This document shows positions 24,854-38,189 of a stretch of 64,000 nucleotides of DNA, one piece after another; within the stretch, counting starts at the first letter, position 1, and each line of letters begins with the position of its first letter. The stretch is from positions 10,406,213 to 10,470,212 of the forward strand of contig OZ234493.1 of the NCBI GenBank assembly GCA_965153455.1. Direction: 5' to 3'. The notes under the pieces were generated by a model. The model saw nothing but the letters and a program-made list of their open reading frames with translations. It did not search any database and was not told the origin of the DNA. This DNA comes from Sphagnum compactum (taxonomy: Eukaryota). The translations under genes were made by a program, and so were the position numbers.

Positions 24854-27800
24854 TAATGTTGGTGGGTATAAAAAAAGAAGTGAAAACCGGCCAAGGTTTG
24901 AAACCGGTTGAATTGACCTTCAATATCTTTTTTGAAACTCACCTCCAAGTTCTCTTCAACTAAGAACCATTCATTTGAAACCTTTCTTTTAAAAAAATTT
25001 TGATACCCTATCAAGGTATGAAATAATAGTAAGGTCATGGTTTTAATTATTGAAAAGTAGGTTTAGTGTGGTAGGTAAGTTTAGAAGAATTTAAAAATAG
25101 GTTTATTGGAGGAGGCTTTGTAGAATTGTTGCAATGACTCTTTCTTCATGCTTCTCTCCTTCAAGAATAAAAATGATGTTTAGTGTTTAATTTTAGTGTT
25201 TATTTTGTTGTTTGTTAATGAAATTAAGTTCTTTCATTGGTTATTTGATTTACTTTGTTAAGCTTTGTCGCCTATTGACTCTTTATTATGCATTCCTAAT
25301 GAACTTCATTGCCTCCTTGTTATGTGTTCTTGGTGAGTTTTGTCACCTCCTAGTTGTGTGTCACCTCATTGTTACAAATTCCATCACCTCTTTTTGTGCA
25401 TTCTTAATGAATTTCGTTGCTTCCTTGTTGTGTGTTGCCTCCTTGCTATGAGTTTCTTTACCTCCTTGTTGTGTGCTCATGGTCAACTTCGTCACCTCCA
25501 TTTTGTGTGTCTTGGTTTTTTTTTGAGTTTCACCTTGTTCCTTTTCAAATTGGTATCCCCCCCCCCCCCCTGCGCCATTTTTTTATGTGCTAATGTGGAA
25601 GAAGGTTTTTTTGCAATTTTTTCCTTCAACAACCCAACTTTAGTTTTTTTTTTTCCCCTAGTTTTTTTTTTTTTTTTAATTGTAGATTTTTTTTCCTATT
25701 TTTTTCAATGTGTATGTTGTGCCATTTTTTTTCTACAAGTGTGGGAGAAGGAAGAGCAAGCAATTATTTGTTTCATTCTTTGACAAGGTGAGTTTTCATT
25801 TTTTTTTGGTTAAAAAAATCTCTTTGTGCATTTTTTAGGGTTATTTCCTCTTTTTGCAATTTTTATTTTTACAATTGCTAATTATTGAACATGTATCTAT
25901 CATGTGCAAAACTAAATCCCATTTGCACATTATAGTGTAACAAGTTCATACATATTTTTTCACATATTATATTATGTGATGGAAAGAGGAGGGATAAGTT
26001 TGATTTTGCCTTGTAAATGCTTATAAATGTTTTGATTTTTAAAAAATATTCAGAACATATATTAGACAATTAAAATTAAAACCCACAATTTTGGTAAAAC
26101 TTACACTTTTTTTTAATTTCTCCCCCACATTATGTAATATTTGTTGAAAACTGGAATCAAATCAAAATGAAATGTACATTTGATGGTGAAAATGAAATTT
26201 GTTTCAATGAATCAAATATGAAAGATGAAATTTTGAATGAAAGTTTTCAAACAATACAAATCACAATTAATAGAAAGGCCCTCAGAAGGAAATGAAAAAG
26301 GAACAATTGAAACAAACCTTCAAAATTTGCATGTTCAGATAAAAATATGGAAAAGGCATAACAAGAATGCAATTCGTTGGGCTTTTTATTGTGTGAATGA
26401 TGAGAAAGATGTTGATGAAGGTAATCCCCAAGTCATGTTGATGTCTGTTTTATTACATTAGTCTTGTGCATGTTCTTAATCCAAGCACAAACAAAAAGAA
26501 AAGGTCTTATAATGTATTATAAAACATATTGAATAATAGCTTTGAAAAAACATGTGGATGAAGATCATGTTTTAATTGTCAAAATATTTGAAGAGGAGAT
26601 TAATGGTCCAATAAAGAGAAATCTTAAAAACCAACCAACAAATAAACGACCTAATGTGTCAAACAATGTAATATCTAGGTTTTTTATTATCAAAGATCCT
26701 TTCAAAAATTATGATGTGCAACAAAAATATTTTTTGAAAGACCTTGGCCTTTTAATTGTGAAAAATCAATTACCATTGCAATTTTTGGAAAGTGTTTGAT
26801 TTAAGCATATGGTTTTGCATTTGTGTCCTTGAATTGTCCTCCTTCCAGAAAACAATTGTCTCATGAAATGTTGCCTAATTTGGTGGAAGATAAAACAAAT
26901 ATATATTTTTACCAAAATTGACAAATTATATATTTGCAATAGCAAGTTTTGATTTATGGATGCCAAAGGTGGTATGTGATATATTTGCTCTTGTCATTAA
27001 CTTTTGGGATCTAATTGGCAACGTAAACAAGTGTCCATTGGTTTGTTCGAGGTAACAAAAACTATTGATCAAACTTTGGCCAACATTTGACAAATTGTTT
27101 AATCAATATGGACTCTGAGAAGAAACATTATTGCACATGTCAAAGGTGAAGGGTCAAATTTGAATGTGAATTTTCAAGATACTTGTTTTGGCCATGTTTT
27201 TTAAAAACCTTATGAGTATGCTACAAATGATGAAAATGTTTACAAAAACCTTATATTTGTTTCCATCAAGTCTACCCAATCATATTTGCAAAAATGTAAA
27301 ACTTAGCTTAAGAAGTTTGGGGGGAAAAAAAAGAATGGAACAAAACAGGTTAAATTCGAACATTTGCCCAAGAAAGTTGAATACTCCAATGACGACATGA
27401 TGAATTTTTTATCTTTTACAAATCTTTTAATATTTTCCTTCTTATTTAATTATGTTAATTGGTTATAAGTTAGTAACATTTCCAATTTAAGGTTTTATTT
27501 CTTTCTTATTCAATTATGTCAATTGGACATATATTGACTTGCATGTGTAATTTTTGTTGAATGATTATTAGCAAAATCATTATGTTCCAAGAGGCCTTGC
27601 AATTCAAAGATGTTATTATCATTTATTACGACAAAAGAAATACTATTAAAATTATTGTGAAAGTGCTACCTCTTTTTACTTGGCATGTTTATTAAATAAT
27701 TATGGATTATCTTTCTTTAATTTTGAATGCTTGTGTTTTGAACTAGTTTAATAACCAATAGTTATTGTTTGATGCATTGCAGTTTGCCATTATCATGTGC

Positions 27801-28760
27801 TTGAAATGTAGGGAAAAAGTTATAAACCCACCTACCCAAGTCAATTCGATTGATGATGATTTTAAGATTATTTTTGAATTGTTTTTATTTGCTACCAATA
27901 TCAAAAGGGAAGTTTGTGGTGTTTTGGGTTTTTTTTTTTAAAAAAAACTATGAAAAAATAAAATCTCACAACATGTTATGTTTGATGCTAGACTCTATAT
28001 TTAAAACCTTTGGTTAGTATCTTTTTTTATTGGTTGTGAAAAAGGCACTGTGAACATTGTTGAGGATTATGATAAACGATCATCATATCCTATACTTATG
28101 ACATGCTATCACTATTTACATCCAATGATAGAATTTGATGTTGGATGTGCAAATCAAGCAACAAATGCAACTTCAATTTGAATATTTCTGAACAAACTTT
28201 TATCACCAATGACCTAAGGAAAAAACTAGCACCAGAAAACAACCAATTTTTAAACATTACTAAGTAAATCCCAAGGAAATCAAGTGTCCTTTTCAATAGT
28301 GGGGAAAACATGAAACCATGTTTCTTATAGTTGATTTTTTTGGCCTGTCAAATCCTAAGGATTGTATGATCATAAATTGAAATTGAAAGATTTTTTCTTT
28401 AACATGCATACTTACAAACTGAAAGAGATGTTGTTTATAATCAAACAATTTATAATAAAAATATTGAAAAAAAATTGGTCAAATGATTCTAAAAAAAATT
28501 GTAAACCACCTTCAAATTTGGTGGAAATGATTGAAAAGGATTTAGATTTTGAAGACAAGTTAGAAGAATTTGAAAGTTCTTTTGAAGGGGATGAACTTGT
28601 GCAAATATAAAATGCTAGAAAAAGAATTTATACATTTTTCATTTTATTTACATGTTTTTAATTTAAAATTTAAAAACATCAGTGTGTAAATTTATTTATT
28701 TTGATAACCACTATGTGAAAATTGATTAGTATGAAATATTTGAAAACGGGTACTTAAAAC
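24854..28760 (+). mobile_element. Decayed hAT DNA transposon (left TIR seen, right end not found)
   Basis: TAATGTTGGTGGGTAT at 24854 resembles the TIR at 29927. Contains an internal degenerate repeat at 25260-25515 and a transposase relic at 26237-28610. Confidence 0.6.
26237..28610 (+). pseudogene. hAT transposase pseudogene (BED finger, DDE core, dimerisation domain)
   Basis: Fragments WAFY...LKKHVDEDH (BED-like), LIVKNQLPLQFLES, ASFDLWM, EGSNL, CFGHVF, MLCLMLD and ACQIL..IEIERFF, with many stops and frameshifts. Confidence 0.85.
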
Positions 28761-29926
28761 TTGGGTGAAATTATCTTTTGCAATTTTTTGAAACCTTGTT
28801 TGAATCTATTGAATTTTTTTTTTTTGACAAATTTTTTTTATGGTGTCTCATAAATAGGCCCAATTTTGGGGGAGGGGGTTGTGTGGAGTTGGAATTTTTT
28901 TTTCTTGGGTTGTTTAAATGGGGGGAGATTTGATCATTTCATGTAAGGAAGGGAAAGGCTACACATGAATAGTGCACTAGTGTTTGCTAGCACTATCACG
29001 TTGACATTGCAATAAATTTTTTAAATATTAAAGAACCCCCAAAGTGTGGGTTTTTAAATAAGTACCCCCAATTTGTAATTTACTACGCTTACAGGTTTGG
29101 CACTCAGTTGCTGAATAATTATTTCATTTTTCAAAATCCTTCTTAGCATTAAAAATAATAATTTATGAAATTTTGGAAATAAATATTGGCAACTTCTTTG
29201 GTTTCCAATCCTCTAACATGATTTGGCCTTTTACAAGGTTTTCTCTTGCTTCCTTTTGTAAAAATGGGGAGTCAAAATGTTTCACCAAATTACAGGATAA
29301 AAAAATGTTGTCAATTATTGGATACCTGTTCTACAATAATGCACTCGCCTGAACCAAGAAACCCTTGAGTTTCCACCAATTTTTATATTTTTCCTTGCCA
29401 TGTAATAATGCTTTCACTAAATTAGGATCTCCAGAGTCCAAATCTAGCATTTATGGGGTTTAGTTTGGTCACCATGAGGCCTTGCTCTAGAAGGTGAAGG
29501 TACCGATGCAGGTGCTTGTTCACCCTGGGTGGTCTCCATGCTAAGGAGAAAGTTGATCTTTCCATAGGACATCAATATTTTCTACACTATGGTGCGGATA
29601 TGAAGAATTTGCCAAAAATCTTGAACAGATTTCAGATCCCTAAGTAGGTGATGTCAAGCGGAGTGCAATTTGCCAGAAACTTTGGGCATATGTTCAGGTC
29701 CTCCAGTACGTCATGTTTCATGTTGCTCTGCTTGCAATTTGCCAAAAACTGTGAACAAATGTTCAGAGTTCAGAATCCAGACCCGCTAGGCTCATAGCCT
29801 GCAAATGTAGAGAATCTTCCAGAAATAAAAAAAACTGGGGCATCTGTACTAAGATAATACTTTTCTTAGTAGTGCAAAAACTCTAGACAGATGTATGCAC
29901 ATTTTTCACAAAACAAGGGTAATTAT

Positions 29927-31309
29927 CAGTGTTGGGCGGGTACCATAATTTTATGATACCCTTTGGGTCCGATTTTCACAAAGTAATTTACAAAAGGGTT
30001 CCCCCCAATTTAATTTTTTTAAATTTTACATCGGGCAAGGGTATCAACACTTTAAAAATAAAATTGACATCGATTCTCATAATGACGGTTCTCGAAAATT
30101 TGAGAATAGTTGGTTATCCTTTGCCGGTCCTCACAAACCAGGTATTGTTTTTTTTAAAAAAATAGTAATTATTTTTAAAAATTAAACTAAGATTAAATAA
30201 TTATTTATTTGATTTCTTTTTTTATGACAGCTTTGGCTTTTTGAAAAAATTCAGAATCAAAGGACCTCTAGTTCAAGGTTTTTGAAAAATTTTAAAAATA
30301 AATTCTTGTTTTGGGTTTTTGAAAATTTTCAAAGAACTTGACTGGTTTTATGGAAGAACTAGTAAAAGAACCAAAGCTTTGGGGGCTAGGTTCTTTGCCC
30401 AATTCTTTTGGTTTTTTGAGATCTCCAGTTATGAGTGAAAATTAGTCCTTTGATTTTCTGAAAATTGCTGGTCATGGGGACATAATACCTAGACCTTACC
30501 TACCAGTTCTTTCTTCGAAAAAGAAAGAAGATAGAACAGTGTTTTGTTTCGACAAATGTTTTTTTTCAAAATGGCAAAAATTCAGGATTTTAAAGGTTTT
30601 CAATTGTCAAATTTTTAAAAAATATTTAATTTTTTTAGAATTCATTAGAATTTATCCTAAGTTTCAGTACATAGCCAGAATATAGTTCAATTTCTTTTTC
30701 AGTTACTTGTTTTTTTATTGTCATATCTAGTTAAATAGTCACCTTAGCTACATCACAAAATTGAAAAGAAAAACACTCACTTAAATGTTGAAAAAACAAC
30801 CCAATAATAATGTTAACTTTCCAAACATCATTACCATCTGACTTGGCTTACCATTAATAAGTGCTGCCACCAAATACCAGCACATCCTTGGATCTCCCAT
30901 CTCCCAAGGCAAATTAAACATGACAAGCAAATTTTGATGTGAGTCTAGTGATGAAGGTGTCCTTTTTTTAACCCTAATTAAATTAGGCTGATTTAACATC
31001 GTACCTCCAAGCAATGAGAAAAAAACAATGGACTTTCATAGCTTCTTTCTCATTGCTTGGACTAATTTTTCATGGCAGCTAAACCCTGAGACCTTGACCC
31101 GAGTAAGGTGTCAAACCTTACTTGGTTTTCATTTTTTTTTTAAATTTTAAAAACCGGTTCTCACATCTAGTTCTCACACATGTGAGAACTAGTAGTTCAG
31201 TTTTCAGTCAGGGCATCACTCATGACGATACCATGAGGGGATCAGACTGGGATGCCTGGGTGATATCCGGGTGATGCCCAGGGGTATTTGTGATACCCGC
31301 CCAACATTG
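29927..31309. mobile_element. Non-autonomous hAT element (1383 bp)
   Basis: TIRs CAGTGTTGGGCGGGTACC / GATACCCGCCCAACATTG; perfect 8-bp TSD GTAATTAT at 29919-29926 and 31310-31317. Probably contains a nested CAGTGTTTT-ended MITE at about 30537-30777. Confidence 0.9.
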
Positions 31310-32024
31310 GTAATTATATGGCTTCCCACAATCTTTGTGGAATCTTGAATTTTTTATGTTTATGACCTAGGCTGTAGGTAGGTCAGATTAGTGTTATGTG
31401 GCTTTAAATTCATTCAATTTGTTGTTTAAGAGTTCGGATGTGAATGCATATCAACTAGAGATTGAATGTCTTAGACTGTGCATTTCGGTCCTACTTTCAC
31501 CCATTCCCCCTTATTTCAATTTTAAATCTTGTTATTCATAAAGTGCATTTTTATTTATTGAATCAAGAGTGAAACTTACTATCGCAAAATCTAATGTATG
31601 GGATTTGAAATAATTATGGCTCCACTAAGCATAATAACAAAGAAGGCATTTAATGGAAAAAAAAAGACAAAATGAAACTCAAACTATCACACAATTTAGT
31701 GTAATCTATATTTTATTTTGTTTCACTTTCAACATTTAAATGCGATGTATTTTTTTACTATCTTTTTTAATCTCACCCCTTTAATGATCAAACACAAGAT
31801 AGTAATATTGTGTTTTTTTCACTTTATGGACATTTCTATTGAAATATTCTTAAAGTCATGTTGAATTTTGTGTTCTCTCTCAACCTAATTAGGCATTTCA
31901 CTTTGCATTTGTAAATATAATTAAAGTTTCACAAATTAGGACCCAAATTCAAAAGAAGGGATGAACACATGGGCACTTTTTATAATTTACTTTTAGACAA
32001 AATAAACACCTTGCTTACTTAAGG

Positions 32025-32230
32025 GTCTACCTACCTAAGTGGTGATCTACTTATTGACCTACTTGCCTACATTTGTTATCTACTTTCTTACCTAGGCCTC
32101 CGACCTACTTAATAACCTACTTGCTTACCTAGGTTACCTGCCTTCCTTTCTACTTACTTGCCTACCTAGGTTTGCTTACCTTTTCTCTTAAGCCCCAATT
32201 TATCTCCTTACATGCTTGCCTACCTAAATT
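32025..32230. repeat. Degenerate CCTACCTA/CCTACTT low-complexity repeat
   Basis: Many TACCT/TACTT units; similar tracts occur at about 61180-61260 and 63890-63910. Confidence 0.7.
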
Positions 32231-33124
32231 ATTTTCCCTCCTTTGTAGGCCCCAACTTATTTATTACAATTTTTTTGAATCATGATTTGACAATATTAGT
32301 TGTGTGAAATTATTTTTACATAAGTTTGGATTGTTTAAACATGTGTTGTGCATTTAAAACATGTATAAAACACATATAAACAAGATGAAAAATTTTCATT
32401 CACAAATAAAATTTTCATCCTACTTATACATGCTTCACATGTGTTTTAGATGCATGGCATTAATGTTTGAACAATACTAATCTTTTTTTAAAAATCACAT
32501 ATGATTATTATCAAATTGTGATCCAAGAAGTTTGTAATGAATTTACTATTACCAAATGATGGTCCAAGAAGTTTGTGATGGGCCTACCTAAGCTATTTAC
32601 TTACATGTTATCAAAATCCTTGAAAACTTTGGCATGGTTTTTTTGTTGTTTCCAAAAATCGGCATATCTTTGAAACCTTCTATGCACACACACTTTTTCT
32701 GACTACCTTTTTATATCTAATGACCCTTTTTTGAAAATAACAAGGTTTCTTTCTTCAACTATTTTTCTCTTTCTAATAGTCTTTCTGAATTTCATTTGTT
32801 TCACCTTCTTTCACATGTTAGTTTGGTCTCAAAGTTTTCATCTCAAGCTTCCATTCAAAGGGTTTACTCCATGCATGCACATAAACACCAAATTCAAGTT
32901 GAAAATTAAAATTCATTCAAAATTGATGCACTTCTAAATTTCTCCCTAATAAATGATTTTCCCTTTTTACTATGTTCACCCTAGGTTTCCAAGTCACCTA
33001 GTCTTTTGTTTGGGTGTACATCCCCAATTTTGAACACATTATAAAAATCTTTAATGTTGAAATCCAATTTCTTCACCATTGAACAAAAGTTAGAACTTAA
33101 AAACATATCTACCCGTTGCAAGTA

Positions 33125-34255
33125 TTTGGGTTTTATGGAGATCCACCTTCTTCACTGCATTCATGGTGGGGAAAGGATGGCCTTGCATGATGTTGTGCAA
33201 AATGTTTTTGTGATCATTGTAAGAAATGCAGGATTTCATGTTTTGCGAGAGCAAACCCATGTCCTTTTGCCCCCTACCTTGCAATCTTCATGTTGTTGAA
33301 TCAACATGGTGTTATTAGTCAATGGTGTCCGCACGTTGGCACTTGGGGAGAGGATGGCCTCACATAATGTTGTGCAAGATGCTTTTGCGATCGTTGCAAG
33401 AAATGTAGGATTTTTTATCTTGTGAAAGCAAACCCATGTCCTTCTGCACCTTACCTTGCAGTCTTCACGTTGTCAAATTGACATTGTGCTATTTGTCAAT
33501 GGTGTCCACATGTTGGCACTTGGGGAGAGGATGACTTCACATGATGTTGTGTGAGATGTTTTTGTTGTCATTACAAGAAATGTAGGATTTCATGTCTTGC
33601 AAAAGTAGACCCATGTCTTTTTACCCCCTACCTTGCAGTTTTCACGTTGTCGAATCAATATTGTGCTATCAGTCAATGGTGTCCGCATGTTGAGAGACAT
33701 TGTCAGTATCAACCCCACTCAAATTCATTTAATTTCGTGGGCTACTTTTTTTCACAAGTTTGTTGTAATAGTTGCAACTTAAGCAAAGGACGATTTTTAT
33801 CACAATTGATTCCCAACGGACATGTTTATCCTTATAGTTATAAAGGTTTTTAAATGCCTACACCAACAAGTGAATGAATTTTTTCATCATTGTGCCAACA
33901 TGGCATGGGGAGCAAAGGGCACTATAGGCCTTCCTTTTTTAGTCTTGCACAAATTTATAAACAGAGGGTGTCAATGGCATTACAATGTGCACAAATGATC
34001 TATATTTTGAAACATGTTATTATAGTTAGTGAGGGTTCGTCTAGGCTAGGTGTCTTTTTAGGAGGTTCTCCCCTTTCCTTATTTGATATGCTTCTCACAA
34101 CTGGAGGGGGTTTAGGAACTTGATGTTCCCCTTGTGGTTTGCCCTCTTAGGTGGTTCATTTATCTTCTTGGATGTGGATCTTCCATTTTGTTCCTTGTTT
34201 CCCCCTTTTTTTTTTTGGGTGCTTTGGTTAATTTATGGTTCGCAGGGTTTCATCA
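33125..34255 (+). mobile_element. 3' fragment of a restriction-like-endonuclease (CRE-like) non-LTR retrotransposon, decayed
   Basis: Translates to HLLHCIHGGERMALHDVV (CCHC knuckle end), REQTH, (R)IDIV...DIV..NP, AKD..Y and QRVSMALQ..Q..YIL, the motif order typical of CRE/R2-type RLE domains. Confidence 0.7.
33167..33692 (+). repeat. 177-bp tandem triplication
   Basis: TGGGGARAGGATG occurs at 33167, 33344 and 33521 (period 177). Confidence 0.9.
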
Positions 34256-35804
34256 ATAGGGTATTGCACATAAAATGGAACAAGACACCAAGAGCCAAGG
34301 GAAGAAATTTGTAGACATCCAAACGAATTTAAGTCTCTAGTATGCAATTCCCTAAAGCAGACTACCTTGCTCCCTTCAAATACATACTCCCTTTTTTTAC
34401 TATTATAGAATAGGGTAAAACTACAGGGGTGAGGTGTTCTCATGTTCCCAAAATAAGTGTCAGCATGAGGCAGAGCCAAGGGTTACTTATTTTAGGAATG
34501 CCTGACTCCAAGGAATTAAACCGACATAAAGCACAGGTAGGAAATAAATTCACATGATATAGCCACCAACCCACCAGGTATCATGGAAAAGAAAACATAA
34601 AACATTGACACAAAAATCGGACACTAATAATGGCGAGCCTTACAGAGTTATGGGAAGAAATTTCTGATTTCTATACGGCATTTGGAGCCTACTGCCGGAA
34701 TGTACAGTTCTTCATCACATTCATACCAATTTCTCAAGATTTTTTCATTGTTCATCCATCAATAGTATGGTCACTTGATTTTGCACGGAAGGTGGATTTA
34801 CAAAAATTCAGGACCCACCCTTTGGCTCATGCCTGGTGCGGGTCCCTTGTTCTCCTAAGAGCATTTCCAGCGGTGCTAGGTCTGTGATCTGCAGAGTAAA
34901 ATTCGATGAAAAACATCCAATGTATGTTGGTTTGGCTCAGGAAAATGGTTTTGGCTTCGCATTCTTGCGATGTTGCTGTGACTGGCGAAAGGTGCAGCAG
35001 CAGCGCTGACTGGAGAAAAGAGTGTAAGAAATATGATCTAACTGCTGCTCAGTGTTTCTGATTGGCCCATCATAAGGATTCATCTAGGTGGTTTGCTATT
35101 AGTAGTCCCTCACCTATTTGCTGTCCCAGTTTCGGTTTTCCTGGTGGGATTGCTAAAGAGTACAGAACTATACGTGGATGTGAAAAATATTCACACGGTC
35201 ACATACTAATCACCACTGGAGATGTTCTAAGTCCCCCATCCTAGGGCTCTACCTTGGGCATAATGCCCACCAAGGTGAGAATTCCACTTTTCAAACACCT
35301 CCCCCCCCAGCCCGCCCTCTCGCCATCATTGGGGGAGGGAAAGTTCCTGTTGATAACGTGCTCTCCAAACACACTAAAGATTTTCTGCCGGTGCTTAACG
35401 TATTCAGGCAAAGCATACAAATGTCGACATGAGAAGACATGGAGGAATCGTCGGGTGGCCACTGGGTCCGGCCGGTTTCGGCGCCAGATCTTCCGGGTAA
35501 TATAACGTAGAAACAGATTCCAGAAAAGCCCATGGTTGCCACCGGTAGTAGTTCTTTCCAATATGTCACTGGCTTTACTCGGTCGGAATAGAGCGTAGGA
35601 AGGAGAAATTAACTGTAGTTGTGAAAAGGTAAGTTAGTTGGGAGTGTAATGTGTGGGGGCGGTGAATCTTTGTCACGCGGCAGCTAGATCTGACGGCGCT
35701 GTCGATGAAGCAATTACTCGCCGCTATCTCCGGATAGCCAAGGCCCATGCGTCAGCACACCTGTCCACTTGCAGAGCCAAATTCACAGGGCCAAAGTATA
35801 ATTA

Positions 35805-36159
35805 GGCCCGCTTTACACTGGGAGCCAGGGGCCGGAAAGACTTGGGGCCAACTTCGAGCATTTTTGGCTTGTTGATTGGCCCCAAGTTACTAATAAATGC
35901 TAAAACATTAACGTCAGGATATTAATAAATGCTGGAACATTGGCCCCAAGGGCTGGGTTGCAAATATCCTGTTTTCAGCCTTGAGGCCAATACAAGGCCA
36001 TAAAGTTCACCATTTATTAGTAGCTTGGGGCAGATTGAAAATATTTTTTCTATTTCAGCCTTGACTCCTAGTGCAAAGCCCTTGGGCGCCGATTTCAACT
36101 TTTGCACCAATAGGAATGCTTGATTTGGGTTGAACATTGGCCCTGACTCCTAGTGTAAA
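35805..36159. mobile_element. MITE (possibly PIF/Harbinger-like)
   Basis: Inverted TTTACACTGGGAGCCAGGGGCC / GGCCCTGACTCCTAGTGTAAA; the left end reads TTA|GGCCCGCTTTAC. A related fragment lies at 48720-48794. Confidence 0.6.
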
Positions 36160-36785
36160 TTCAAATCTGCAATTGTAAAACCCCTCTGTCAAATCAGGTT
36201 AATTCTTTACTACTAGGGTTAGTCCTATCCAGATACCCTAAATCCGATAGGACTAATCCGGCATAACTAAATTTTTTTTAAGGTGCAAATTAAGCAGTTC
36301 ATACTCCTACTCAAATCGCGTTGTCATTGTGACCATATCATAGCTATAAATGTAGGTGAATGCAATTATAACCCACGCTGAAATTAGGCTTTAGGTCATT
36401 ACTGCAGTGGCTGTGGATAACTCTGTTTGGCTATAACTAATTTGTTAATGTGCACCTTCTCAGCCATATATTTTTTTTCCCACAAGTTCAAGTGTAATTT
36501 TTTTGTTTTTCTAGTGCAAATTCGACTAATTTTCTAAGGAACACTAGCCAAATTTTTGGTAACACAAGATCCCCCCTGCCTGAGTGCGTCTTATGTAGCT
36601 GCCTATGATTAGGTTAGAAATTAAATTTGGAACACTGAGTGATTCAAGAATCAGGATGGCGGCCTCTAAGTGTCATTACTTATTAAAAACTTATTCCTGA
36701 TTTAGGCATCTCCTCCTGAACATATCACAAACAGTGTTTTTTTTGGGGGGTGAAAATTTCGTCTACGAAAAGTATATTGTAAATT

Positions 36786-36828
36786 AGTGGTCGCCCTAGA
36801 TCCATCATGCGGATCTAGGGCGACCACT
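36786..36828. repeat. Perfect 18-bp-stem inverted repeat
   Basis: AGTGGTCGCCCTAGATCC-atcatgc-GGATCTAGGGCGACCACT. Confidence 0.95.
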
Positions 36829-38189
36829 TGCTGCACAGAGATCACCTTGACAACATGTTCAAATCATCATTAATGGCTTAGTTTAAATTAAAGTCAGCAA
36901 ATGACGAGCATATGGCCATTCATTTTGAAAGGTGACCCCCTTGCATGCATCTTTGCTTCATAATTTTGATGCACTTTTACAACTAATTCCTCTCCATCAC
37001 TCTCAACTTGGCTGAACTCATTCACAACTTAGAACTTAATGCATACAAGTTAAAATTAAACCCTTAAACCTTTATGTCACAATGGAATTATTGTACAATA
37101 TAATCTAATTCTTGGGCAATTGATTCTTGTTTTGAATGACCAATCTTCATTGTTCAAGTTGTTTACTCAATGCTTATCACCCAACATCAGAGTTTTGTTA
37201 TGTTAAAACTTATAACTTACCTCAAACCTTCAAGCTTGTTACCTCAAACCGTAAAGTCCAAACTCCAAAGTCTAAACTTGTTACAAGTAAATAACTAATA
37301 ACCTTGTTATTTTTTCTTTGTTCTAAATCGTTTTAAGAACAAATCTTGACGTAATAAATTTTACCTTTAAGTAGTAAACTATTGTTCAATCATGAATGTT
37401 CATTCAAGTTTTTTTAAACCAAGCTACAATTTGCAAGATCTTGGAACTTAGAAGACTTTAGAAATAAACATTGGAACTTGTGATTCTTGAGTGATCATTA
37501 ATAAATTTGGACTTTACACTTTGATTGATGGTTTGGGTATGGTTGATTGTTGATACATATTGCACATTACATCATTCTTGAATTGAGATTTTCTACTAGT
37601 TGATACTAAAAAGTCAAACGTCAAAACTAAATTGTAAAGTCGCCACCAACATGAATCAAGGCCAAAGGGCAAAGGTGATCACAATGCACATTAAATTGCA
37701 CAATCACAAACTTCAAGCCTTCGAGCTATTAAAAGTTAAGTTCTTCCTTGAACCCCTACATATTTCAATTATGCCTTTTTTTTTGTGTTTTGAATCTTGC
37801 AATTGAATTTGATGTGAGGTGAAAATTTTGAAGTTGAAGTCCACCAATTCATCATTCAATTTTTGAGAGTTTTTAGATGGCACTTAAAATCATCCCACCT
37901 ACAAACTTTAGGTTTAGTTTTCTTTTAGAAGGCTTCGACCAATCTAAGACTTGGAATTAACCCTAAAAGAAAGTTGAGTAGGCAAAGGGAGATTCAAAAT
38001 TGTCTTGCACAAACTTTTGAACCTACACCTTTTTCTTTTGAAATGGATGTGAATATTATTATTTTGTTTGCTACCTCTAGCCCTCATGTGTCCATGCCTC
38101 AATATGTCCCTCTAGATCCAAATGTCATTCCTACTGTTCCCAAATAAAAACTTAAATCGAAAAAATAAATGTGAGTAATATCCAAGATG

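Noticed and set aside
25212..25783. Hydrophobic Phe/Leu/Cys-rich ORFs resembling membrane proteins
   Set aside because: They arise from T-rich degenerate tandem repeats inside a hAT element.
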